A stretch of 63,041 bases of DNA, taken from positions 1 to 63,041 of the forward strand of contig JACPSJ010000006.1 in assembly GCA_016193315.1 (NCBI GenBank), in the 5' to 3' direction. This document shows positions 1 through 8,805 of the stretch, in pieces; the first letter of the stretch is position 1; the number at the start of each line of letters is the position of its first letter. This stretch comes from Candidatus Kerfeldbacteria bacterium. GTDB lineage: Bacteria; Patescibacteriota; Patescibacteriia; SBBC01; CAIJZX01. The notes under the pieces were generated by a model. That model was not told where the DNA came from and did not search any database. It saw nothing but the letters and a program-made list of their open reading frames with translations. The translations under genes and the position numbers were made by a program.

Positions 1-400
1 AGTGAAGCCAGCTTGTCCGATTGCAGAACCAGCGCGATTTCCATCCGCGCCTAGCTGACCTTTGTGAACGCCTCCGTTACCATTTGGGAGGCAACCGCCC
101 CAGTTAAACTACCCACCAGACACTGTTCCCAGCACCAGTCACTACGTTCCGATTGAGCATCGAACCGCAGAGAGTGGTGCTCGGTTAGCCAACTCGATCA
201 GCGAGAGTGGTATTTCATATTGCGACTCCTCCCCAACCAGGATCGGGGGCTCAAAGTCTCCCACCTATGCTCAGCACGCAAACCGAGCGGGCAATGTCAA
301 GTTATAGTAAAGCTTCACGGGGTCTTTTCGTCTACCTGTGGGTAACGAGCATCTTTACTCGTCCTGTAATTTCGCCGAGTCCCTCGTTGAGAGAGTCGTC

Positions 401-453
<53 letters not shown>

Positions 454-1327
454 CACTGTGTTCTGGGCGAGACAACCTACGGTTTCCTCGTCCCACGCCA
501 CTCTTTCCCTCTCTTGAGTCGCCACCTCCATCCTCGCGCAAAGCAAGTTTGACGCTCGGCTGTTCGGTGCTCGACCTATCTTTTCTTTGTGCGGCGCTCG
601 CTATGGTTCGACTTCGTCGCGCTTAGCGCGACTTCGCTCACCACAGATCGCTCGCGCCGCCGGGATTGGTGACTGCTGCATATTACTATGCAGATCAGAC
701 TATATCTTCAACCTTGCATTCAGAAAAACTGATGGGGCGGCGGCAGACAAGCTTCGTTGTCGTCGCCCCGTACTGCAAGGTGCTCGGGTTGTAGTCGTTG
801 GGGGAATTAGTAGCGATGTGTATCGATGACAGAAGTTCCTCTGAACCCACGAATGAGTTCTATGCGTTCATATCCGTAGTTCATGGTCTTCTTCATCTTT
901 TCTTCGCGGAACCACCGTTTCGCTTCTTCATCTGAGTTCATCATTCGGTTCTCTTCAAGAATTTTACTAGGAACCGATGGATCTACTGGGTGGCGATAAT
1001 ATGCCACCACATCATAGAGTGGCATTTTATGCCTCCTCTGATTAATTCCCTGCGAATCGTCTCCATGTGGAGGGTTTTTCGCATATCTCCGAGTGTTTTA
1101 GGACCATTCACGAATTACTTCGTGGCGAGGCAGCGTATCCTGAGTCCCGCGGCTTGCGGGACGAAGGATCTCTTTTCATTCCGAGGCATTAATTCGGAAT
1201 GACTGCACTGTTTTCGGTAGAATGTTTACCACTTCACTACAACAGTCCTAGTCCTTCGCCCGATCACGTCCCCTCCTTTTCTAAGGAGGGGTGGCCCGCC
1301 GCATGGCGGGACGGGGTGGTCGAGCAA
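454..1327 (-). mobile_element. Group I-type intron (874 nt) inserted after U1931 (E. coli numbering) of the 23S rRNA
   Basis: The conserved block GGTCCTAAGGT|AGCGAAATTCC is split. The 5' exon ends in T (U, as needed for the P1 U-G pair) at 1328, and the last intron nucleotide is G (complement of C454), as expected for omega-G. L1931 is a known group I intron site in bacterial 23S genes. The interior has GC-rich hairpins (for example 1262-1322) and an AT-richer ORF. Confidence 0.7.
807..1025 (-). CDS. Intron-encoded small protein (72 aa), function unknown; no LAGLIDADG, GIY-YIG or HNH motif seen
   Basis: ORF track ORF. A strong Shine-Dalgarno (SD) sequence, GAGGAGG, lies 6 nt upstream of the ATG (reverse complement of 1026-1045). 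The ORF sits in the AT-richer centre of the intron and has a balanced, charged composition. Confidence 0.55.
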   Translation of the reverse strand: MPLYDVVAYYRHPVDPSVPSKILEENRMMNSDEEAKRWFREEKMKKTMNYGYERIELIRGFRGTSVIDTHRY

Positions 1328-1501
1328 ACCTTAGGACCGTTATAGTTACGGCCGGCGTTCATCAGCGCTTCAGATCAAGGCTTGCACCTCTCCCCTTAAC
1401 GTTCTGACACTGGCCAGGCATCAGCCCCTATACATCAGCTTACGCTTTCGCAGGGACCTGTGTTTTTGGTAAACAGTCGCTTGACGTCATTTATTGCAGC
1501 C

Positions 1502-1604
1502 GCGCTCCGCGCGGTAGATGCAAGATTTAAGTTAGAAGATTTAAGTTCGGATTCTTCAATCCTTAATCCTAAATCTTACTACTTACATCCACTGTGCGAA
1601 GCAC
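1502..1604 (-). repeat. 23S hairpin insertion module H1 (clamp GCGCTCCGCGC...GTGCGAAGCAC, AAGATTTAAG/CCTTAATCC arms)
   Basis: About 103-nt imperfect hairpin inside the 23S gene, absent from canonical 23S. It is near-identical to the copy at 1801-1903. Confidence 0.85.
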
Positions 1605-1800
1605 GGCAGGCCATATACCGAAGGTACGGCCACTGTTTTGCCGAGTTCCTAAACGAGGGTTCTCTCGTACGCCTTAGCAGATTTGCTGCCCACCCACCTG
1701 TGTCGGTTTACGGTACGGAGACGTCGTGACCTAACGGAATGACTTTTCTTGGCTCCCACCTCGTCCATATTGGCTTGCCCTTGCGGGTTCGCCGGCGGCT

Positions 1801-1903
1801 GCGCTCCGCGCAGCAGATGCAAGATTTAAGTTAGAAGATTTAAGTTCGGATTCTTCAATCCTTAATCCTAAATCTTACTACTTACATCCACTGTGCGAAG
1901 CAC
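1801..1903 (-). repeat. 23S hairpin insertion module H2, near-identical copy of H1 at a different 23S position
   Basis: Differs from 1502-1607 at only 2 positions (GCGGTAGATGC versus GCAGCAGATGC). The two copies are separated by 196 nt of genuine 23S sequence, including the AAACCGACACAGGTGG block. Confidence 0.85.
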
Positions 1904-2192
1904 GGCCACGCACATAACCAAAGTACGCATGGATCTGGTAGAAACGTCATCACTCCGATAATCACGCCGTCGGGCCGGAATATTAACCGGCTGTCCATCA
2001 GCTACGCCTTTCGGCCTCGCCTTAGGCCCGCCTCACCCTGGGTCGATTTGCGTTGCCCAGGAAACCTTAGGTTTACGGCGGACGGGGTTTTCACCCGTCG
2101 TTGTGCTACTTATACCTACATTCTCACTTCGGTGCGCTCCACGGTCGCTCGCGCTCCCGCTTCGGCGCACACCGAACGCTCCGCTACCACCA

Positions 2193-2357
2193 GCGCTACG
2201 CGCTGGAAATCCCAAATTCCAATTTCCAAATCCCAAGGAAAAGTCCAATTATTGAAACCCCGAGATCCTAACGCCTCGTTTTGGACATTGGAATTTCGGT
2301 CATTAGAATTTCCTTGTTTTTTGGTGCTTGGTACTTGGAATTTCCAGTGCGTAGCAC
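2193..2357 (-). repeat. 23S hairpin insertion module H3 (clamp GCGCTACGCGC...GTGCGTAGCAC, CCAAAT-type low-complexity arms)
   Basis: Arms CTGGAAATCCCAAATTCCAATTTCCAAATCCCAAGG and ...GGTACTTGGAATTTCCAG are mutually complementary. The clamp is the same as in H5. Confidence 0.8.
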
Positions 2358-2443
2358 TGGTCCTCAGCTTCGGTACGGCACTTAAGTCCCGATACATTTT
2401 CGGCGCCCCCGGGCTCGACCAGTGAGCTGTTACGCTTTCTTTA

Positions 2444-2474
<31 letters not shown>

Positions 2475-3037
2475 TTGTTTGAGCCCCGAGACTGCCTTTG
2501 ATACACTGAGTGCCGATTTTGGGACCTTAGCTGGAGATCTGGGTTCTTCCCCTCACGTCCAATGGAGCTTAGCCCCCATGGACTGACTGCCGGACTGTTG
2601 GACCGCGGCATTCGGAGTTTGGTTGGAACGACTAGGCTTGCGCCACGCCGTCCCATTCAGTGCTCTACCTCCGCGGTTGATCATCCGACGCTAGCCCTAA
2701 AGCTATTTCGCGGAGAACCAGCTATCGCCGAGTTCGATTGGAATTTCTCCTCTACCCACAACTCATCCCAGAGCGTTGCACGACTCACGGGTTCGGACCT
2801 CCACGGCGTTTTACCGCCGCTTCATCCTGGTCATGGGTAGCTCACCCGGCTTCGGGTCTACTCCGGCCCACGGGCTCAGGCGTGAGCGGCGCGACCGACC
2901 AAAGGTCAGTCATCCGCTCACACAAGAGCAGTCGCCACTGAAGGCTCGCTTTCACTACGACTCCGGCCTACTCGGCCTTAGTCTACGTGGGACGCAGTAA
3001 CTCGTAGGTTCATTCTTCAATAGGCACGCCACCACCC

Positions 3038-3129
3038 GTGCTCCGCACGTGAAAATCCCAAAGTACAAATACCAAATTCCAAAATTGGGATTTGGAAATT
3101 GGTGCTTGGAATTTCCTTGTGCGAAGCAC
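3038..3129 (-). repeat. 23S hairpin insertion module H4 (clamp GTGCTCCGCAC...GTGCGAAGCAC, CCAAAT-type arms)
   Basis: GAAAATCCCAAAGTACAAATACCAAATTCCAAAATTGGGATTTGGAAATTGGTGCTTGGAATTTCC forms a hairpin bounded by the clamp. Confidence 0.75.
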
Positions 3130-3191
3130 AAGGCTATGACTGCTTGTAAGCATATGGTTTCAGATACTATTTCATTCCCCTCACCGGGGTG

Positions 3192-3228
<37 letters not shown>

Positions 3229-3403
3229 ATCACCAATGATATTTAGCCTTGGAAGTCTAGTCCTCCCGGCTTCCCACAGGATTTCACGAGTCCCGTGGTA
3301 CTTGAGGACGATAACCAGTAAAGCTTTTGAGGGCCCATTTCGCCTACCGGGCTATCACCGTCTGTGGCTGGCCGTTCCAGGCCGATTCGACTATGGACTG
3401 GTC

Positions 3404-3495
3404 CCACCCTACCCCCCGACCCTCTCCCCTTGATCCCCGCTTCCCCCGATCAAGTCGGGGGCGGGGAAGGGGAGGGGGAGAAAGGGGGTGGGGTA
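3404..3495 (-). repeat. GC-rich hairpin expansion in the 23S (poly-C / poly-G arms)
   Basis: CCACCCTACCCCCCGACCCTCTCCCCT...CCCCGCTTCCCCCGATCAAGTCGGGGGCGGGG...AGGGGAGGGGGAGAAAGGGGGTGGGGTA is self-complementary and has no canonical 23S counterpart. Confidence 0.55.
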
Positions 3496-3724
3496 AAACA
3501 TGCGCTCTACTCCTAAAGTCACCGCGTATAGCTCGTCCTCGATAAACTCGGACTCGCACGCGGTCGCGTGTCCCGCGAAGCGGGACTAGACGCGACAAGC
3601 TTTAGACGTTACCATCTCGCAACACCATCATTGCGTGCGGGCTTGTGACCCTTGCTCCCTTGCGGAAGCAGCAATAAAGGTTTAGGCTCTTCCCGTTTCG
3701 CTCGCCACTACTAAGGGAATATCC

Positions 3725-3896
3725 GCGCTACGCGCTGGAAGCTCCAAATATCCAAATTCCAAATCCCAAACAAATCTCAAATTCCAATTCCCAAATCCCA
3801 AACGTCAATCATGAACGTTTCGAACTTTGGATTTTGGTCATTCGATATTGCTTGGTGCTTGGAAATTTGGTGCTTGGGATTTCCAGTGCGTAGCAC
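3725..3896 (-). repeat. 23S hairpin insertion module H5 (clamp GCGCTACGCGC...GTGCGTAGCAC, CCAAAT-type arms)
   Basis: CTGGAAGCTCCAAATATCCAAATTCCAAATCCCAAAC ... TTGGTGCTTGGAAATTTGGTGCTTGGGATTTCCAG; the clamp is identical to H3. Confidence 0.8.
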
Positions 3897-4140
3897 GGCT
3901 TGTTTTCTTTTCCTCTGGCTACTAAGATGTTTCAATTCGCCAGGTGCACTTCGCGCGCCCTATAGATTCAGGCACGGATTCCAAGACATTTCTGTCCTGG
4001 AGGGTTTCCCCATTCGGACATCCCCGGATCAAAGGTTGGTTGCCACCTCCCCGAAGCTTATCGCAGGCTCCTACGTCCTTCATCGTTCATTGGTGTCAAG
4101 GCATCCACCATACGCCCTTGTGTTCCGACGAAGAGTCGGA

Positions 4141-6696
4141 AGACGAGAGTATTGTGTCCGGCACCACCACTGATGCCGGTCACGACCAGAACCATCAACG
4201 AACGTTGACGGCTGGTTTTGATGCTTGTTTCCTACGTTGCTTATTCAGTTGTCAAATAGCCGGATAGCGGAAGACGGAGTTCAGTCGTCAGTGTTCGGAG
4301 CCCAGAGGTCAGATTGATCTGACTTCTGATTTTCTTATTTCCGACACCTGTTTTCTGACGTCTGACTGCCGATGGTTGGATCAACACCACTGGAATCATC
4401 ACGAGGGATCGTGATGGAACCACTAATGTGGATGAAAGGACGAAGAGATTCCGTCCGAGCGGGGCCTCGAAAGAGCCTTTGGCAGGGGCGCCCCCGCCGC
4501 AGAGTGCAGTCGAGCGCCCCAACTCGGAGCGGAAGTGGCCGAGGGCGCAACCGGTTCCACCATTTCCTCGCTAGGAAGATGAGAGGATTGGCATGCGCCG
4601 CTCGGCAAGCGTTGCTCCAGGGAGCGGAGCGTCGTAAAGAATCCTTGACATCCACGGAACCTTTGGGAAGGCCCAGGAGGAAACTTCACGAGCGCTCCGT
4701 CCTGGAGACGAAAGCGGGTGCCAAGCGCGTCGCGTCTCACTGCCGAGTGGAACGATACCCAGCAGCGCCCGACGTGTCGGCACCCGCCAGGGGTGATAGA
4801 AAGACCAGGATCAACCGCACTGGGAGGGTCACGACAAATGTCGTGGCCGAATCAGTGTTGTTGCAGAAGGTGCAGGTTGGCGCCCTGGGCGGAGCGTCGT
4901 GTGCCCCTCGCCGGATTGGCGATCCCTTGCTTATCACACGAACGCTCCTTCCCCGGAGCTTTAGAAATGGGCGCTACGCTGCCGGGCGCGGGTGCCACGT
5001 GGTCGCGGCCACGCCAGGGTGAGCCCAGCCCTCACAGTCTTAGCCCAACCCTGCAGCAGGTGCGCCCAAGTTGTTAGAAAGATCAACGACACTGGAAGAG
5101 TCACGACGGGGTCATGACCAAATCAGTGGAGCTGAGAAAAGTACAGCTGAGATGCTCCGAAAGCGGAGTACCGTAGCGTGGAAGAGAAGGCTGCAACCCG
5201 TCTTCCCACGTTCGGCACCCCGCCCCGGAGCTACGATATGGGCGTACGCATATGGGTCTCGAGCAAGGACCTCGGCTTCGTCTTTTCGGGACTCGCCTAC
5301 AGTGGTCGTCGCTGTCGTCCCGACGGACGCCCAGATTGATGCGCCGAGCAGTGCGCCCAGAAACGGTAGGAATTGGGCGTTCTTTCCAGGACCCGGACGC
5401 GGTTGGGCCCGGCGCATTGATTGGCGGGGGCCTGTGCCGATGATGGGAGGACGTGCCAAGGCCACCCCAAATGGACTCTCATCGGTCAGTGCCCCAAAAG
5501 GTTGAAGGATCGAAGTCATTTCACGGACATGGAATGTCTTCGAGCCTTAACCCCTCTGTCCGGCCCGGCCGGACATCTCCCCTTTATAAGGGGAGAGCTG
5601 CGAAGAAAGGTGGGCCGAGCGCACTACCGACCCTGGCCCCTGAAGCCGCCCCATTGGGGGCGGGAGGATCGAGTACGTGCGCTCGGCACTAGAGTATTGG
5701 GCGAACCGCCGATTAGTTCCTCTTTTTCTTTTCCACTTCGTTATAGCGCAGGAGGACCGAAATGGCTGGATACTCATCGTTGGAATCGCCCAACTCGTTA
5801 CGTTTCAATGTACAGATAACTCCATCAGGGGGCCGGGCGCGTGAGCACTAAGCCCTCGAGTGTCCGGTACGGGCAGCGCGATCTCCCCGGACAGTGATCG
5901 AGGCCGTTACCCGGTCCCCTTCCCCGCGTGGCGCGGAGTCAGCGAGCCTGAAACATTCGGCACCATCCAATTCAAGCGAGGGAGGGGACCTCACAACTCC
6001 TCAAGAATCAGACCGCGCCGATCATGGAAAGCGGTGGATCCTGCACATCGAGTTTTCCGCTTCTGTTGCCGCTTCGCTCAACTCGAGCGCAGGATCCCCC
6101 AAAGGGTCGGGGATCTCCGATGATGGAGGGAGGCCCTTCGGGCTGAGACGCATCTCATTCTCCGCTCAGCAATCACGAGACCCCCGTTACAGCGTCGGTG
6201 GTTGTCAACCGACGAACGGAGACGCCATGGTGGATGCCCCAACGACTCCGCAGTCGTTAAGTCCATCACGGTCGCCAACACCGACGCCAACTACTGGCGG
6301 GACGCTACCCATATTTTCGTGCTCCCCCTCCCAGAACAGCACGACTATACTGAGCAGCGTCCCACGTCTACTTTGAAGTCAAGGATCGAATCCGAGCCGT
6401 CAGTAATGGTGATTCAGATACGATGCTCGATGGTGATGGGAGGGGCGGATTGGGGAAACCCCAAACCACTCGCTACGCTCGGGTTCGAAGTGCTCCCCAC
6501 CCGTGCGGAGGCGGTCCCGCACTACTCGCTTTGCTCGAGTGCGGGATGCAACCAGTTTTTGTTAAAAGGGCTAAGGAGTTGCAAAAACCGCCTCGTCGGC
6601 GGCTCGGTGCAAAAGAAGGCTCTGGCGGTCTTCCTAGCCGACGACGGTCTCCTTCACGGCTGTCTTTCGCATACGAGCCAAAGTCATTGATTAAGC
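4141..6696 (-). ncRNA. About 2.5-kb non-coding, GC-rich, hairpin-dense region between a strong promoter and the 23S 5' end (giant rRNA leader or unknown large structured RNA)
   Basis: ORFs occur only as overlapping, Arg/Pro/Gly-rich ORFs on both strands. Many GNRA-capped or GC hairpins are present. There is a colinear 272-nt tandem module (4809 versus 5081). No 16S, tRNA, RNase P, tmRNA or SRP signature was found. The strand assignment rests only on the promoter at 6704-6732 and co-orientation with the 23S gene. Confidence 0.45.
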
Positions 6697-6703
6697 AGGG
6701 CTT

Positions 6704-6732
6704 AGTATACATTCTTGAAACTCGCCTGTCAA
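6704..6732 (-). promoter_or_regulatory. Sigma70-type promoter reading leftwards toward the non-coding region and the 23S gene
   Basis: Reverse complement reads TTGACA (6732-6727), a 17-nt spacer, then TATACT (6709-6704). The same box pair is seen at 25991-26018. Confidence 0.6.
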
Positions 6733-6805
6733 GGAGGGAAAAGGGCGAAACGCGTGGATAACTACAAAAAACTTGACACGAAGTGGAGTTTCTGTCGTGC
6801 TGTTG

Positions 6806-6832
6806 CGAAAAAGCCTCACTCCTGGTGAGGCT
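6806..6832 (-). terminator. Rho-independent terminator downstream of the GH1 gene
   Basis: 8-bp stem AGCCTCAC/GTGAGGCT with a 5-nt loop. It is followed on the minus strand by a T-run (plus-strand AAAAA at 6808-6812). Confidence 0.6.
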
Positions 6833-7022
6833 CTCTGAGAATTCTCGCGGGCCGCAGCCTGGAAACCGACTTCCTAGGTGGGGCCCGGGCTCCGGTTCAT
6901 GGTCGCCACGTAGTACGGTACTGAGAGCGCGCAGATCACTACCTCCGCTAATGCGACCCACCAAGGTAAACCAAGTTCCTGTTTGGACTTCACGGATCCC
7001 CCTTGCTGGACGATGCCCGTTG

Positions 7023-8264
7023 TTACGCCGTTGGTGACGATGAAGATGACCTGGAGCGACTGTGTTGCACAATGAGCTGTCGATAGGCGTGGGCGCTGGG
7101 ACGGATTGTACGCTTCAGCGTGTGATAGTCAACTTCGACTAGGCCGAACCGGGGCGTAAAACCTTCGCGCCATTCGAAATTGTCGAGCAAGGACCAATAG
7201 CAGTAGCCACGGACGTCGAGGCCGTGTCGTATGGCGTGGTCGACCTGCGCCACGTGGTCGCGGATGAAGGCCGCCCGCAAATGGTCATCGGCGTCAGCCA
7301 CGCCGTTCTCGGAAATGATAATCGGCAGCTGATACGGGCGGACCGATTCGAGAACCAGACCGAGTCCGGTCGGGTAGATTTCCCAGCCGAGGTCAGATTG
7401 CGGTGCGGCTGGCGGCGTTTGGGGGGCGAACAGTTTTGTCGGGCCGACCCAGCGCCAACGGAGCGGATGGTGAAAGTAGTAGTTGATGCCGAGGAAGTCC
7501 TGGGTGTCGTAGGTTTGGTTGAGCCACCAGCGGTTGTGCCAGAAGTCGGCCCACGCACGCAGTCCTTGATCCAGCAGGTGCCCGGGCCGAGCGGCGGCGA
7601 AATCATTAAGGTTGTTGGCGACGCCCACTTTCGCCGCTGGCCAGCGGCGATGGATGATTTGGTACGCCAGGCGGTGGGCGGTGACTAAGTTTCGGATGGC
7701 TTGCCAGGCTGACAAGTAGTTTTTTTTCTGCGGCGGCCAGTAGGCGCTGATGTAACCGTGGGAGGTGTAAACTGTCGGCTCGTTGAGCGTCACCCAATGG
7801 GTGATCAGATGGCCGAGTTGATCGACGATCGCCTGAACGTAACGCCCGAAGTCGTCGATCGTCCGGCGATTCGTCCAACCGCCTTGGTTGCGGATCCAAA
7901 TCGGGTTGGTGAAGTGCCAAAGCGTGACGAGAGGCTCGAGGCCTAGACGATGGAGCTCGACCAGGACTTGCCGGTAGTGATCAATCGCCGCCAGGTCAAA
8001 CCGGCCCGGCCGCGGCTCAATCCGACTCCATTCGATGGAGAAGCGGTGGGCGTTGTGCCCGAGTTCTTTGGCTAAGGCAAAATCCTCGCGGAACCGTTCG
8101 TAGTGTCCACAGGCTCGACCGGATTGTTCCCTGCTCTTCACCAGGCCGAGTTTTTCCCACTCGGTCCAGTCGTTATGGTTGTTACCCTCAACCTGGTGAG
8201 CCGACGTCGCGGCGCCCCAGAGGAAGTTGGTTGGGAATCTACTAGTACGCGAATCTACGAACAT
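7023..8264 (-). CDS. Glycoside hydrolase family 1 (beta-glucosidase-like)
   Basis: 413-aa ORF with the N-terminal FLWGAATSAHQVEG and both GH1 catalytic motifs, TLNEP (acid/base) and ISENG (nucleophile). Confidence 0.9.
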   Translation of the reverse strand: MFVDSRTSRFPTNFLWGAATSAHQVEGNNHNDWTEWEKLGLVKSREQSGRACGHYERFREDFALAKELGHNAHRFSIEWSRIEPRPGRFDLAAIDHYRQVLVELHRLGLEPLVTLWHFTNPIWIRNQGGWTNRRTIDDFGRYVQAIVDQLGHLITHWVTLNEPTVYTSHGYISAYWPPQKKNYLSAWQAIRNLVTAHRLAYQIIHRRWPAAKVGVANNLNDFAAARPGHLLDQGLRAWADFWHNRWWLNQTYDTQDFLGINYYFHHPLRWRWVGPTKLFAPQTPPAAPQSDLGWEIYPTGLGLVLESVRPYQLPIIISENGVADADDHLRAAFIRDHVAQVDHAIRHGLDVRGYCYWSLLDNFEWREGFTPRFGLVEVDYHTLKRTIRPSAHAYRQLIVQHSRSRSSSSSPTA

Positions 8265-8365
8265 TCAGACGAATCCCCCAACGAGGTTGACGGAGTCACA
8301 ATACTCATATATTGTGCATGTCAGTGGCTTGACCGAGCCACGTATTTGCGTTGTGGTAATTAATC

Positions 8366-8764
8366 ATGCGGACCATTAAGGGAAATGTTATTGAGAAGGA
8401 TTTGTCGTATCAGTTGGTAGGAATATTCTTTAGGATCCATAAGGAATTGGGCAGGTTTTGTCGTGAACGGCAGTACGGAGATGCGCTGGAAAGGGAGCTA
8501 AAGACGAGTGGCTTGAGGTATGAACGCGAACGATCATATCTCGTCGGAGGCAGATTTTCCAATCGAGTGGATTTTACCATTGAAGGCAGAATTATCGTAG
8601 ATCTGAAGGCAAAAAGGTTTCTTGAAGAAAATGACTTCTTCCAAATGAAAAGGTATTTGAAAAGCGCCAGTATTAAACTTGGAATAATAGTAAATTTCCG
8701 GGCCAAATACATTCATCCCAAACGCGTGTTAAATAACGAAGTAATTGTGACAAACCGTTCGTAG
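8366..8764 (+). CDS. GxxExxY-family protein (PD-(D/E)XK-like small protein, a family often carried in rRNA intervening sequences)
   Basis: 132 aa. It contains LSYQLVGIFFRIHKELG...YGDALERELK...VDFTIEGRIIVDLKA...KLGIIVNF, typical of the family. The gene is flanked by ACGAATC-type inverted arms. Confidence 0.75.
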   Translation: MRTIKGNVIEKDLSYQLVGIFFRIHKELGRFCRERQYGDALERELKTSGLRYERERSYLVGGRFSNRVDFTIEGRIIVDLKAKRFLEENDFFQMKRYLKSASIKLGIIVNFRAKYIHPKRVLNNEVIVTNRS

Positions 8765-8805
8765 CCATTTGTGGATTCGTAGAGGGGCCATTTGTAGATT
8801 CGTGG

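Noticed and set aside
6215-6470. Plus-strand ATGGTGGATGCC (about 6226) and GATTGGGGAAACCCC (about 6449) resemble the 23S 5'-end blocks, suggesting a second, inverted 23S fragment.
   Set aside because: Only these two short words match. The spacing is wrong (about 220 nt versus about 95 nt in the real gene at 3990-4125), and nothing between or after them aligns. This is most likely chance or a very old relic, and it is not callable.
4372-6761. Numerous 60-216-aa ORFs on both strands across 4.3-6.8 kb (for example 4372-5022, 5071-5505, 5894-6376, 6202-6690 and 6473-7072).
   Set aside because: They overlap one another in all frames and are dominated by Arg, Pro, Gly, Ser and Ala. They lack SD sequences, and none shows a motif I recognise. 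The two repeated 272-nt units differ by indels that break any common frame. I treat them as non-coding shadow ORFs of GC-rich DNA.
4141-7020. Expected a 16S rRNA gene and spacer tRNAs upstream of the 23S.
   Set aside because: None of the universal 16S blocks occurs on either strand. I searched for the reverse complements of GTGCCAGCAGCCGCGGTAA, CCTACGGGAGGCAGCAG, GGATTAGATACCC, TGTACACACCGCCCGT and the AAGGAGGTGATCC end. No GGTTCGAATCC-type T-arm is present either. The rRNA genes appear unlinked, as is frequent in CPR-type genomes.
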